DNA from: Marsupella aquatica
Lineage: Eukaryota > Plantae > Marchantiophyta
Assembly (NCBI GenBank): GCA_973895155.1
Contig: OZ316899.1
Location: forward strand, 1,263,573-1,327,572
Length of the DNA stretch: 64,000 bases
Reading direction: 5' to 3'
The translations under genes and the position numbers were made by a program. Positions 12,141 to 23,538 of the stretch are shown here, one piece after another. How positions within the stretch are numbered: position 1 is the stretch's first letter; the number at the start of each line of letters is the position of its first letter. The notes beneath the pieces are model-generated. The model had not been told where the DNA came from, did not search any database, and worked only from the letters and a program-made list of their open reading frames with translations.

Positions 12141-13199
12141 TACTCGTAGCAAAGCGAGGCAAAAGGGGGAGAAAGGGGCATGTCTATGCCATTTTGAGGC
12201 TTTGAGGCAACTCGTGGTAGCTCGGGGCAAGTGGGCGTGATGCTTGCTTGCTAGGCGTGTGATCAGATTGCAAACTGTGAGTAGTTTTTGTGAGTAGTGT
12301 TTGACATAATTGGTCACCCATCTTTGCACTATTTTGCCTACAATACGCTTAATTGACAGTTTCTAGGTTCTGCTGGTGTACAAATTGCCTTAGAGGATTT
12401 GAAGAAATATTTGGACGTTTTCCCCCATATATGCATCATTTTAGGTTGTGTTAGAACCAGTTTTGGGATTTCTAGAGGATGGTGGTGGATAGCGTTTCCA
12501 TGAAGGTGACATTATCAAGTGCTGTGAGCACAATGAGCATGTCATAGACTACGAGCAGAGTAGCTACCATTGCGTTAGGATTGTGTGGTTTGTTCTATGG
12601 ATTCAAGGGGCGCCACATTTGGTGGATTGTGTTGCCCTGATTTCCATTTTGCAGTTTCATTTTTGGTTGGAGGGTTGTCGCTAGACTTCTTGTGATTGGA
12701 TCCCCTCCATCATTGTTTCTTGCTTGCGCGCCCATTGTTAGGGCTAACTCTGATTTCTGGAGTAGTTTCCTTCAGTGTGTTGCCGGTAGTGAGGTTAAAG
12801 TGATGACCAGTCAGACTATCTATGTATCTCTCATGGTGAGACTCGAGTGATGACCTGTAGACCCTGGAAGGCTTCTTGTGGTGATGACATGTTAGGTTGT
12901 CCATACCCATACCTAGTAGGGCTAGAGTAGCACAACAACATTGATGTTACTTGGTTGCCTACTCGTGGTGATTTAATTGGTGGTGGTGTTGTTTGTCATC
13001 ACGTAGCAGCTTAGTGGTCCGATTGGGGACCTTGGTGCAGACATTGGTGATTTTACACATAGTGGATTGAGGTATTGACTACCTTTTCCATTACCGTTGG
13101 TTGATGAGGAGGAGGAGGAGGGTGTTTTGGACACCAAGCTTCCATGTCATTGTCCAGTGTAGTAACTCCATTGATTTGGGACATGACAGGATGTATGGG

Positions 13200-13280
13200 G
13201 CAATGAAGGGCCCATGACGTTACTCAAGTGCAGTGGGTACCATTGAGTTGGAGGACTTCATTCAGGAGTTTAATACGTGG
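13200..13280 (+). pseudogene. Short gag-like remnant
   Basis: Translates to ...TIELEDFIQEFNTW, truncated by the following LTR-like unit. Confidence 0.35.
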
Positions 13281-13810
13281 TGTGACACCGCCAGCACGAC
13301 TGGTCATCAGTAATATGGCTTAATCCATATTCCGTACGTATGAAGTAGACGTAGGAGTTCGTAGTTATTAGCATAAAAACACTAAATTAGTTAGTCATGA
13401 TGCTTAGGACAGGTTTAGTAATAATATATGGGAGTTCACGCTTGGGCTAGTGGCACAGCACCCGACGTACCGCCGGATTAGGAGTGCGTTATGGCTGTCA
13501 GCCGTGGATCCGTATAACTGATCTGATAGCGACTCTCTAGTATGTCGGGACTCAGACCCTACGAGGGTATGCCTCGGGGCTGAGGAGCTTGGCCTATCAC
13601 GAGCAGGAGGAGCTTATTGGTCGATGCACTATGGGGGTATAAAAGGCAAGCCTTCCCCGCCTTTGCCTCACTTTCTCACTCCTTGTGCCAACTTTGAGCT
13701 ATCTCCTTGTCTGCTCCACACTTAGCAACTAGGCAACCTTAGATACCTCACCATATGTCTGGTCTATTTTGTCCAGTTCAACTGTCTAGTTTTGGTACCA
13801 ATTTCTCACA
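13281..13810 (+). repeat. Solo-LTR-like unit (~530 bp) of a third family
   Basis: TGTGA...TCACA termini and TATA ggtataaaagg at about 13637. Shares an exact 28-mer (13387-13414) with 9851-9878. No TSD seen. Confidence 0.5.
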
Positions 13811-14487
13811 ATAGGAGGCCACCTTGCCACTTCACTAGCTGAAACCAATCCGCAAAAGTAAAAAGTTGAGAAGCATTTTGAACGATGCACGTGTTTTCTT
13901 GGCCATTACCATTAGATCACCGATTTTGGGCTCCCATTCAAGAGCAAGTATTGTAAGGATGTAGAGATCTCTAAACTCTTCTTCCATGGAGACAAGTATA
14001 TCGGCTTTAGAGAAGCCATCCTTGGCCTCCCCAACAAGGTCTTTAGGATCCCGGGGACCATAGACTTGCAACGACATCATTTTGACATTATATTTGTGGA
14101 GGCGCAAACGCTTGCCCAGCCAAGACCTACGGCCTCAGTTTTGGCGTCCATTTCCATGGCACCTCCTCCAGCAACACCAACGGCTAACCTTCTCGGGCAA
14201 GGCCAGGCACAAACGCCACCCCGGGCACCTTCAAGCCGCTCTCCACTACCGGTTGCACCACCCGCTTGGCTGCAATCTATGGTTAATGCAGTCAACCTGG
14301 GCTCAGAGGATGAGGAGGCCCCTCCCCTTGTCCGCAATCCATCGGGTACCCATCAATGCATGGTGGGTACCGCACCACCGTCCTAGCAAGCCCAAACCCA
14401 GGAGGCAGCCCTGGTAGACAACACGGTCAGGGTTGCAACCCCAGCGCTAGTATTAACGGCGGTAGCAATATCATCTCCATGAGAGAG

Positions 14488-14585
14488 GGAGGGTATAGCG
14501 ACCGAGACAGGAAACAGTCAAACAGGAAATACTTTTCCTATTTGCCTTATGCTATTACCAGGAAAAAACAGTTTGTACCAGGGAA
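14488..14585 (+). repeat. Terminal-inverted-repeat-like sequence, left end of the Mutator-like element
   Basis: ggagggtatagcgaccgagacaggaaacagtcaaacaggaaa resembles the reverse complement of 35075-35136 (ggttataacgaccgtgacagg...ggaaacaggaaacaaacaggaaa) and also 39727-39800. Confidence 0.55.
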
Positions 14586-15183
14586 AGAACACACTATGAG
14601 GAGTTTAGAATTGTAAAATTTGGAGTTAGTCCATTGCGGTTAAGGAAGGATACCTTGTCATGAATCGCTGAACCACATAATAATTGAACCTCATATCCCA
14701 ACACAGACAAGGGGGTGCATACATAAAAATGTGAAGGAATGCGCACAAAAATGGTAGGTCCCACCACAATCGGCAACAAAATATATGAAAATAATACAAA
14801 ATGAACGCAACACAAAACTTTATGGTATTATATGGTCCAAAATAAAAGCGAACAATGTCTTGACTAGCGCCTGGCGCTAGCTTACCGGTATTTAAGGAAA
14901 TAAATAGTTGGCATTGACAACATCAAGCACAACACGATGATATTTGACGGTGTAGCCTAAACGACAAAATTATCAGCGCCTAGCGCTAACAAAAACATGA
15001 CGCGACATAAATAACACTATACCGTTGACATACGACAAAATCAATATAACCGTTTGGACCGATAGGACAACCTAGATCATCATGATTCATGCTATAAACC
15101 ATGAGCATTTTGCCTCTCCAATATGAGCCGAACCTCTCCAACAGTGAGAATTGGTTGGCTGGTCAATGTAGATTCCTTAATGT

Positions 15184-18100
15184 CTAGTTTGAAAATGGTA
15201 AGGAAAATCCAATACAAATGTTGCAAGGCATATATGGATGTTTTCGAGAATGTCGCTGGTAGAAATCCTCACAAGAGCAAGTGGGGAAAATGCAAATTTG
15301 AACAAAGTAACAATTCGGCGTCCGCATATTTTTGTGCGTTTGCACCTTAAACTGCTTTCCCCATGCATTCCCAATCGCGACATCCCACTCTCCCTGAATG
15401 GACATCGTCTCTTTTTTTGCAGACACAATTTTGTTCATGCGACCATGGGTAAGAGTTGACCGAGGAACCGTATTCCTCCCATTCCGGCTTCGGAGACAAA
15501 CATTGGGTTCGAGAAGATTCACATTTTCTGGAAAGATATTGACATTGATTCGAAGATCAAAATCTGATGGGGGTCTAGTCGTACGTTCATTTCCACGGAC
15601 TAGGGAGATTCCGTTCTCAAGAAGATATTGCATCTCGTCTTCCAAAACATTTGTCCCTTTTAAAATGGGAAGAACATCAGGGAACGGGGGCAGGTTCAAT
15701 ACACCTCGACGCGGTCGGCTTCTGTAACATGTATTGTTTGGGAAAAAGCAAATCATTTCGGTTATGGGTTCCCCCTGAAAATGCATTGTCCTTTGACAAC
15801 AATGCCGATAACACCATGTGGTGAGGGAAATCCAACTTTTTTCACACGATTGCAACACTCGTCTCTTTCAGAATTACGGGCAAGCAATCCGTTGCACTGA
15901 GGACTAGAGCCAAATTTTGAAGTTTGACGTAATTGCCATGCAGTTGGAGCGACCTCGGTCTCACGGACAAGACATTCTTGTAACGGTTGCTGAAGCACAG
16001 AGGGAGCAGTCTGGGGAAGCCTTGTTGAACGCGTTCGGTCTTGAGTAGGAGGGGTATTGAAATCGACATCTTCTCCACCGCCCGAAATGTCACTTCCAGA
16101 CAGATTAACTACAGGAATAACTTGAGGCGTGGGTCTAGGGATAGCATCAAACGTCATGCGATTAAGATTCTTCCTTTTCATCGATCTAGTATTGGGCGAG
16201 GTGACAAGGATTTTATCATGCCTATGGGAGTCTTGTGGCGAGATATTCCCAGATGCATGTCCTTTCCTCTTCAAAGATTTGGTGACAACGTCTCCATTGA
16301 GAGGTGCTCGTCTCTCCAAGTCAAACTCGACAGCATTGGACAGTAGCATATTCATTGCATCTTCAAACAACTTGGGGGAGCCTGCCTGGTCCGCTGATCG
16401 GAAAGCGAGTTCCCAAATCGTGGGACCTTTTCCTCTATGCAACCCTTTCTGATACGCAGTGTAAGCAGCAACCTGAGAAATAGCTTGAGTTTGGTCCATT
16501 TCACATGCCTCAAAGAGCCCAACCTTTTTCTTCATTACCCATGCTTTCATACCTGCGTGCACGGACTCTGATCCTATACAATTAGGAATCTTAGCCCCTT
16601 CTTTGACACTCTTGTTCTGCAATTACATAGAATAAATTCCCTGTTACGCAACCAAAAAAACACTAGCGTTGGGCGCTAGAGAAGTGGAGTCGGTACCTAG
16701 AAGTAAAAATTGGCAATGTAGATTAAGGGACAACTTATTGTGTCCTATTTGTGTCATCTGACAGTTTGTGTAAATAATAGCGTCAGGCGCTAGTATTAAA
16801 GGATGCTATGGTATTGTAATATTTGAAGTTTACACTATCGATACAATCATTCTGTAATGAGAATATAGCACAGAAATACTTAAAGAGTGGAAAGGAAAGT
16901 AAAACAACTTACCAAACGAATAAAATTTCCCCATTGCCTCCACCTGACGACCCACCATGAAATCCAACTCTGAAGCATCCAGAGCTTCCCGAGGACACAG
17001 TTACCCGACTGCCACCACAAATCAATCTCCCTTGAAAGTCTGTAAGCCTCTACAAACGTGGGGGCATTTCGCATCTTATCCCAAAGCACGCGATGCTCTG
17101 CTTGACTCTCTTCAATCACTCCTTCAACTGAATGGCGATGGAAGGCTTGGTAGAAATGGAATGCGTCAGTTCGCTCACGCTCTGGGTTTGGATGCCCTCC
17201 AAAAAAGACGTTTCGGACTGCCAGCCATCCAGCTTGAGCATTGTCCGCCATGAATCCATGAATGATCGGATTTTCTAATCCATTATCCTTGGACACCTCA
17301 ATCATTAGTCTCCAAGCCTTCTCAAACAACTTTGTATCCTCTACTTTTAGTTCGTAGGTAAATAAGGTACACAGAGCGTGATAGTTGTCATCGTAAATAT
17401 GCGCGCTAAAAGTAACCCAGTCTTTTGTGAGTCGTTTCATCACATCAAAACTTACCCAAGCACCTTCGAGACTTCCACTAGGTTGCATTTGTCTCAAAAG
17501 ATTGACGCCTGATCCATGGCCGATCAAAGTCATCTTGAATATGTGAGGACGGTCATCTTGAGATCCTTGACCTGGTAGGAGGTACCTTTGGAGGAAAGGC
17601 ATGTTGATATTTCTTTGATACCGAACAAGAAAATCTATTTCACCTTGACCTTTCTGGTCCTGTCTAACACTACAAAAAAGGGACGCAAACTTTTGGGGTG
17701 TGGAAACTACCATGAGCGACTCAAATATCTTTGTTTCTTCAATATCTTCAATATCTTCCATACTTTCACACAAGGACTTTACAAAGGACCCTGTCGCAAC
17801 ATTTTTTACACCAACAGGGGTGAAAATTGGATTTCCTTCCAATTTCTTTTTGATAACCTCCTCAACAATCTTCTCTGCACTTTGAGAAAACACCTTTCTT
17901 GAAGGATGGTTGTGTATCCCCATATGAATCCCCAAGCGTGACATATGAGTAACGGTTTCTGAGTCAACTAGAACCTGAGGGTACATGTAAAATAAATGTG
18001 CTGGACAAGATTGGACACAAAATGGAACTTGATCACAAAAGTGGCAAACTACTCCACCTTCGTCAATGAGTGAACCAACATGATGTTGCCCGCCCAGTTT

Positions 18101-18914
18101 GGGGGTTCCAGCCCAGGCCTTTTGGTTCCTCCTTTTCTTCCGCCAAAAATAGTCGCAAGTATTATTCCTACCTCAATGGAACCAGTGCACGTTACTTTAC
18201 CAAATTCCCAATATTTCTTGGGATGAACATTAGCTGATGTAGGAAATATTCTGGTCCAGATCTAGCAATCCTTCAACCGGTCCATGTCGCGTAGACGTGA
18301 CCCCTTTGAAAGAGCTCCCGTCACAGGAGGCAACTCAAATACAATATTTCCATTGTATTTCTTTGGCAAGACTTGTTCATGGCGAAAGTCCCCAGCCGCG
18401 ATGAACCTTGAGATTTCACTGGAACCAGTTGACTTGAGAATGGTATCCATTGCACTTCTTCGATACACAATGGAATTCTTGGGAACAACAGTTGTAACCT
18501 CCTGTTTAACAGGGGTAACCTCCTATTTAACAACTGTGTGAGGGGGTTTAGCACTAGACTCAGGCAAACCAGAAGGTCCATCATCGTCGCTATCTAAAAG
18601 CAAGACAACATCAACAAAGGGTTTGGATGAAGATGGGAGATCGGATGCTACTGGTTTTTGAATGACAATAGAATACCAAATTCTTGCATTCAGGTGCCAA
18701 AAACGAATCCCGTCATCAACATCAAAAGAAGCAATGAAATTAGACGCTTCATCTCCATTTCCCTCCTCCAAATGTCCTCAATGTTGTTCAAATCCAAACC
18801 AAAGCGCCCACAGAGATAATTCTCACTAACTTGCTTGTAAACGTCATTGGCCGACAATGGAATGGATACAAGGTCACCAATAGACGGACGCGTCAGAATG
18901 ATTGACCTTGACAT
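15184..18914 (-). pseudogene. MULE-type DDE transposase with an N-terminal Cys/His (GCM/WRKY-like) Zn domain and a C-terminal SWIM finger; spliced and disrupted
   Basis: ORF 16880..17986: WVSFDVMKR...FSAHIYD...LCTLFTYELKVED...HGFMADNAQAGWLAVRNVF...ERERTDAFHF, matching MULE-domain spacing (D..D..CxxH-like). Upstream: VCHFCDQVPFCVQSC...HMGIHNHP. ORF 15184..15858 ends VQICIFPTCSCEDFY...YMPC (SWIM). Introns at about 16623-16905. Confidence 0.75.
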
Positions 18915-19846
18915 TGCAAGATCAGCCAGCCCAATTCACGATAATGAATGACGTCTTCAAACGTACACAATGGTATTCATAGTGAATAATCCGTTTGTCA
19001 GAGCCGTTAGAATACGACAGAATCACTACCGGGCGAAAGCACATCTGAGACAATAAATGTTTTTTGTCGTTATGTCAACGACATTTACACTAATGACCCT
19101 AAGATGTCCCTTTCCAAACAACATCATTATGTATATAAAATTACTGTAATTGAGTAGCGCCTGGCGCTACTCAAACATCCTCACTCCAACATGGACTGAA
19201 AATGTTTAGGGCCAGGCGCTACTCAAACCCACACCCTAAATTGTGGTATAAAACTACAATATTTTACCTGGGGTTTCAGGATAAATCCTAAATGTTTGTA
19301 TATATTTTACAAATATTATCAAAATATTGCCAAAATGGGGAGATTTAATATTAGTGTTGGGCGCTAATCTGAAATGGTAATCATGACATCCATTTAAGGA
19401 CAAATATTCAAAAATATGTATTCATTTTGTTTTTTATTTTCTACTTCAAAGTCAAATCTGTCTTGACTTAGGAGAAATTAGGGTTTAAATAGTGAGAGTT
19501 TTTGGTAGCGCCAGGCGCTACTATTGACCAATATGAGATTTCACCTATGAATATAGATTAAAATTTCCAAATTATTTATGTAATGGTCATATTCAACGGT
19601 AACGTTAGGTCGCGTAACGTTGAAGATATGCCAACGGTATTCCAACAACTAATCCAAAGTTGACAAGTGGTGCTCAGGAGAATGTTTTACATAGATATCA
19701 ATGTAGCGAGGGGATAGTTTAGAGATGATACTCTCTCCACCTTCCTTGTTCGTTGTATTTAGGTTCCGTTTCAGAGGTTATTTGAGCAAGAATTCTCTAG
19801 AAGAAGTACGGTATGAATGAGGTACTCATCACGATCGTGAAGCACT

Positions 19847-22800
19847 TTGTGTATGCAAAACATGGACCCTCTCCCCACCACCTCACATGGGTATACTGCT
19901 AACGGGCAGAGAGAGCAAATCCATTCCCAGACGTCGGAGTGCTCATTTTCTGGATCTATTTACAGTCATCGAGTGACACGGTCTACAGCATCCCAAGCTC
20001 CCAAAACAATCGCGGTTGTCACATTTCCAAAGAGCAGGAGAGCAAAGATGGACGATCTCGACACATACGCTGTGGAAGATCAAGGAGAAATGTCGCTGAC
20101 AATGTCCGATGTTATCTTGAAGCACGTTGTGTTGTTTGGCAAGGATTTTTGAGGGCACGACAAAGACTCACCAAGGATTCCAATGTGCCGCTTGGTTCAC
20201 ATGGAAGTTGTCCGCACCTTACAGAAGGGAAGTCCTTCAATTGAAAAGTTGAAGGACTCTTTTCGTAGCATAGGATATAACTCAAAAATTGGAATGTTGT
20301 TTTATGTCCAGCCGGCAGATTCGAATGGGAATGTCCAGACGTGTACTCCGGAAATTTGAACGACCTAGGACCTGATGTGGGTGGCCAAGAATGAGAAGTT
20401 TGAAGCTGAATGTGCGGCCGATCCAAACTTCAGGGTGTTACAGGATAAGATGTTTTACGTTTTTGACGGTAACCATCGACTTTACGCATGGTCGATGGTT
20501 ACGAAAGAAAATCTCGATGATATCAAGTATCACCCGCAAGTGCAATGTACTATTTTCAAGGGTGAAAAGGGATCTTTGATTGAGATTGAGGCGGCTATGC
20601 ATACTGTGAACCAGTAAGTCTCTCTTTGAATTTCAATGTCTCTTGTTCATAGTATGCTTTTTTACTAGCGCCTGGCGCTATTGACTGACAAATTCTTCTA
20701 TAGGCTTGGACAGGCCATGGTGGAACCTTCCTGGATACTTGATGCCGACCAAATTAAGAGGATTTTGTCCAACAATCTAGAATACTATAAGTCAATCATC
20801 GATGCAGAAGACTCGAAAAGGATCGTGGTATACCAAGAAAATGCCTCAAGAAGCACTTATGTATATCTTATGCGAGAATAAGATTAAATCCTATTCTCGT
20901 CAATTCAAGATGGACCTGGAGTCGGCTACCGCTCAAGGAAATCCTTGGTCTCAAGAAGAGACGTCCAAATGACATGCGGTCATGATGAAAGAAGCAACGA
21001 AGGATTGGGCGATCAAGGTCTCAAAGATCACTCCCTTGTTGAGTCCAGAGTTTGAAGACTTCATGACAACTTGAGCTGAGATGTACCCGATGACAGAGGT
21101 GAACAAACGTGAGAAGAAACCAGATGTGGTTGTCTGTACCATGGACCGTGCCAGGTTATTTACAGCAGTCTCCGCCCTCAACCCCAAATTGAGGAGCACT
21201 TTGTTAGTAGCGCATTGCACGCCAGAGCTCAGGAAGGAGTTCTTTCATCCGCAAAGCGTTAGCGATGACCTTGTGAAGCAGTGGTGCCACACATGGCAAA
21301 CTTGGAATAGCGTGGAGGGAATTGCCATTGGTATGCTGCAGACTGCCCTCCAGCAGATCAGTGAAATAATTCATTCCAACCGATTGGAGGAATGGAAGTG
21401 TGAGTCTTATGACTCACTCGTTGAAATAGTGTGCAATGATTTCAAAAAATTTGGGGATGCAGTGAAAGGTAAAGTTTTCAATACGATGTGGATGTCCAAG
21501 TACCCGGACAAGGAAGACTACACACTCAAGAATCAAAAGCGAGCGAAACGATATGTCTATTATTTCTTCATGCACATGGAGATTGTGAAGCCTGACTATT
21601 GCTTTCCAAAATTGGGTCATTTGCGTAGACGGAGACGTTTTGGCCGAACTGTATTTGATGTATCCCGCTGAGGGAATCCTTCCGCCGAGGAAATTGTCAG
21701 AGTGGGAGAGAATTCATTGCCCCTGGTATCTTGACACCAACAGATGGGATTCTCCTTTTGATGACACTGAGAAGGACGCTTTCCATAAGCTGTCCAAATC
21801 CCAAGTTCCGAGACAATTTGTCTCCAACATGAAGCAAGGAATTGAGGGAGACATCAACGTGTCGACAACTGAGTTGCAAAAAAAATGCAAAACCGTTGTG
21901 GTTCATGTTGATCAAAGCCAAAAACCAAGAGCCAAAGCCAAGGCAGATGCCCCCGTGGCAAGTGCTAGTGCCAAGTCTAGGAAAAAATGTAAGCTACACC
22001 TCCTTCTTTCGACTTCCTTCTTTGGTAGCGCCTGGTGCTATTATGTGTCATGAGTTTAATATGTTTTATTTCCCAAAATTAATGTTGGTGTTTGGCCAGC
22101 GCCTGGAGCTAACACTCTTTATGTGCTTGACACTATTTTTGGTAGGTGGGAAAAAATCTGATGCCACCACAGATGACACAAAAGTAGATGCAACACCAGA
22201 AGTCTCTGAGGCCAACACTGGTGCCAATCCAGACCCCATCACCCCCGTTGAGAAGGGGAAGGTTATAGTTCCTGTGGATGCTACAAGCACGACGGAGAAG
22301 AAGAAAAGGACCATCGATGCCTTGGAATCGTCACGAGATAATGCTTATGGGGCCGATATCCAACGGGATGTGGGGAATTTCAAGACCAAACTTGGAAGAC
22401 ACTATATGGTCGAATCAAGCTTGGCAGAATTCATTGATAGTGCATTTAGTAAGGAAGAGAAGCCAGATTGGGTTGCAGACGCTGAGAAGTGGGGTAAGGA
22501 TTTGATCAAGTCGGGGTGTAGAGATAAAGGAGTCATAAGAGGTGGGAAGGAATGATCATTTGGGGTGAATGTGGGTTTCATCTATCTCCCAACTGGTTTG
22601 AAACCCACAATTGTTGACCGTCGGGTCCCAAAATGGAATATAACAGATCACACAGCAACCGCATCGTTTTTTCGGGCGATGGATCCTTTCCTTTCGGATG
22701 ATGGCATGCTCGCCATCTTATACTTGGATGACCACGATCAGATTTCCCAGGTCATTTCAGCATGTCAGCAATCCAAGAAGTTCATGTGCATCAATATGCA

Positions 22801-23538
22801 CAATGTTTTCATGTCTGTCCCAATGTACAGATCCAAGACAGATGTCCAGGTAAATGTTCTCTCTGCGTATAGCTATACTAGCGCCCGACGCTAATATTTA
22901 TTTATTAGGAGGTCTTCTCGCATGACTAAGAGATTTTTAAAATCTAGTTGGTTTGTCTACTTTTGCAGGTCTTCACTCTTAGACTAGATATATTTTGTCA
23001 AGTTTCTTTTAAGGGAAAGGTCCCAAAGGATCCAAGGTTCAAGCCGTTGTCTAGCGCTGAAGATCCTTCAATCTCAAACCTTATTGGGCTACAATCTTTG
23101 AAGGAAGATCATTGTCCTGAACTCCATTTTACTGGGAATGCCCGACCACCGGTTGGTTTTATGCAAACTGTCCTTGAACTCTTTACGATACCTAAGGATA
23201 TTGTAATTGATTGGACCGTCGGCTCAGGTAGTACATTCATTGTTGGGGATTACTCGGACCGTTTTGTCATCCGGTTAGAAAATCGTCGGGAGTTTGTTGA
23301 GACCGCTTCGAGGATTTTTCTGGACCTCATTTCTCCCAAACCTTTGGAGACACAACCTCCCCCTCCTCAAATAACTAGACGAAAAAAGAAAGATAGACTT
23401 AGATCTGTCCTCAACTTTGATTTGGACGAAGATGATGGGACTCCAAAAGATGATAGTTCTGAGGATGTCAATGACGGTGGGAAAGAGGAAACCCGACATG
23501 AAGGGTCAACGGAGGATAGCGAAGAGTCTTCCGAGTAA
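19847..23538 (+). pseudogene. Spliced cargo gene: ParB/Srx-like N-terminal domain plus a C-terminal beta-class N4C/N6A DNA-methyltransferase-like domain
   Basis: One frame 19847-20613 (3 in-frame stops) reads IPMCRLVHMEVVRTL...LKDSFRSIGY...FYVFDGNHRLYAW. GT-AG introns at about 20614-20702, 21989-22143 and 22850-22968. Exon 22565-22849 has VGFIYLPTGL and FFRAMDPFLSDDGMLAIL. The last exon has RPPVGFMQTVLELFTIPKDIVIDWTVGSGSTFIVGDYSDRFVIRLE (motif X-I-II pattern), then an acidic tail. Confidence 0.7.

Noticed and set aside
13835-14417. Pro/Ala-rich and antisense ORFs left of the MULE end
   Set aside because: Short, low-complexity and without a diagnostic domain. Probably TE debris but not assignable.
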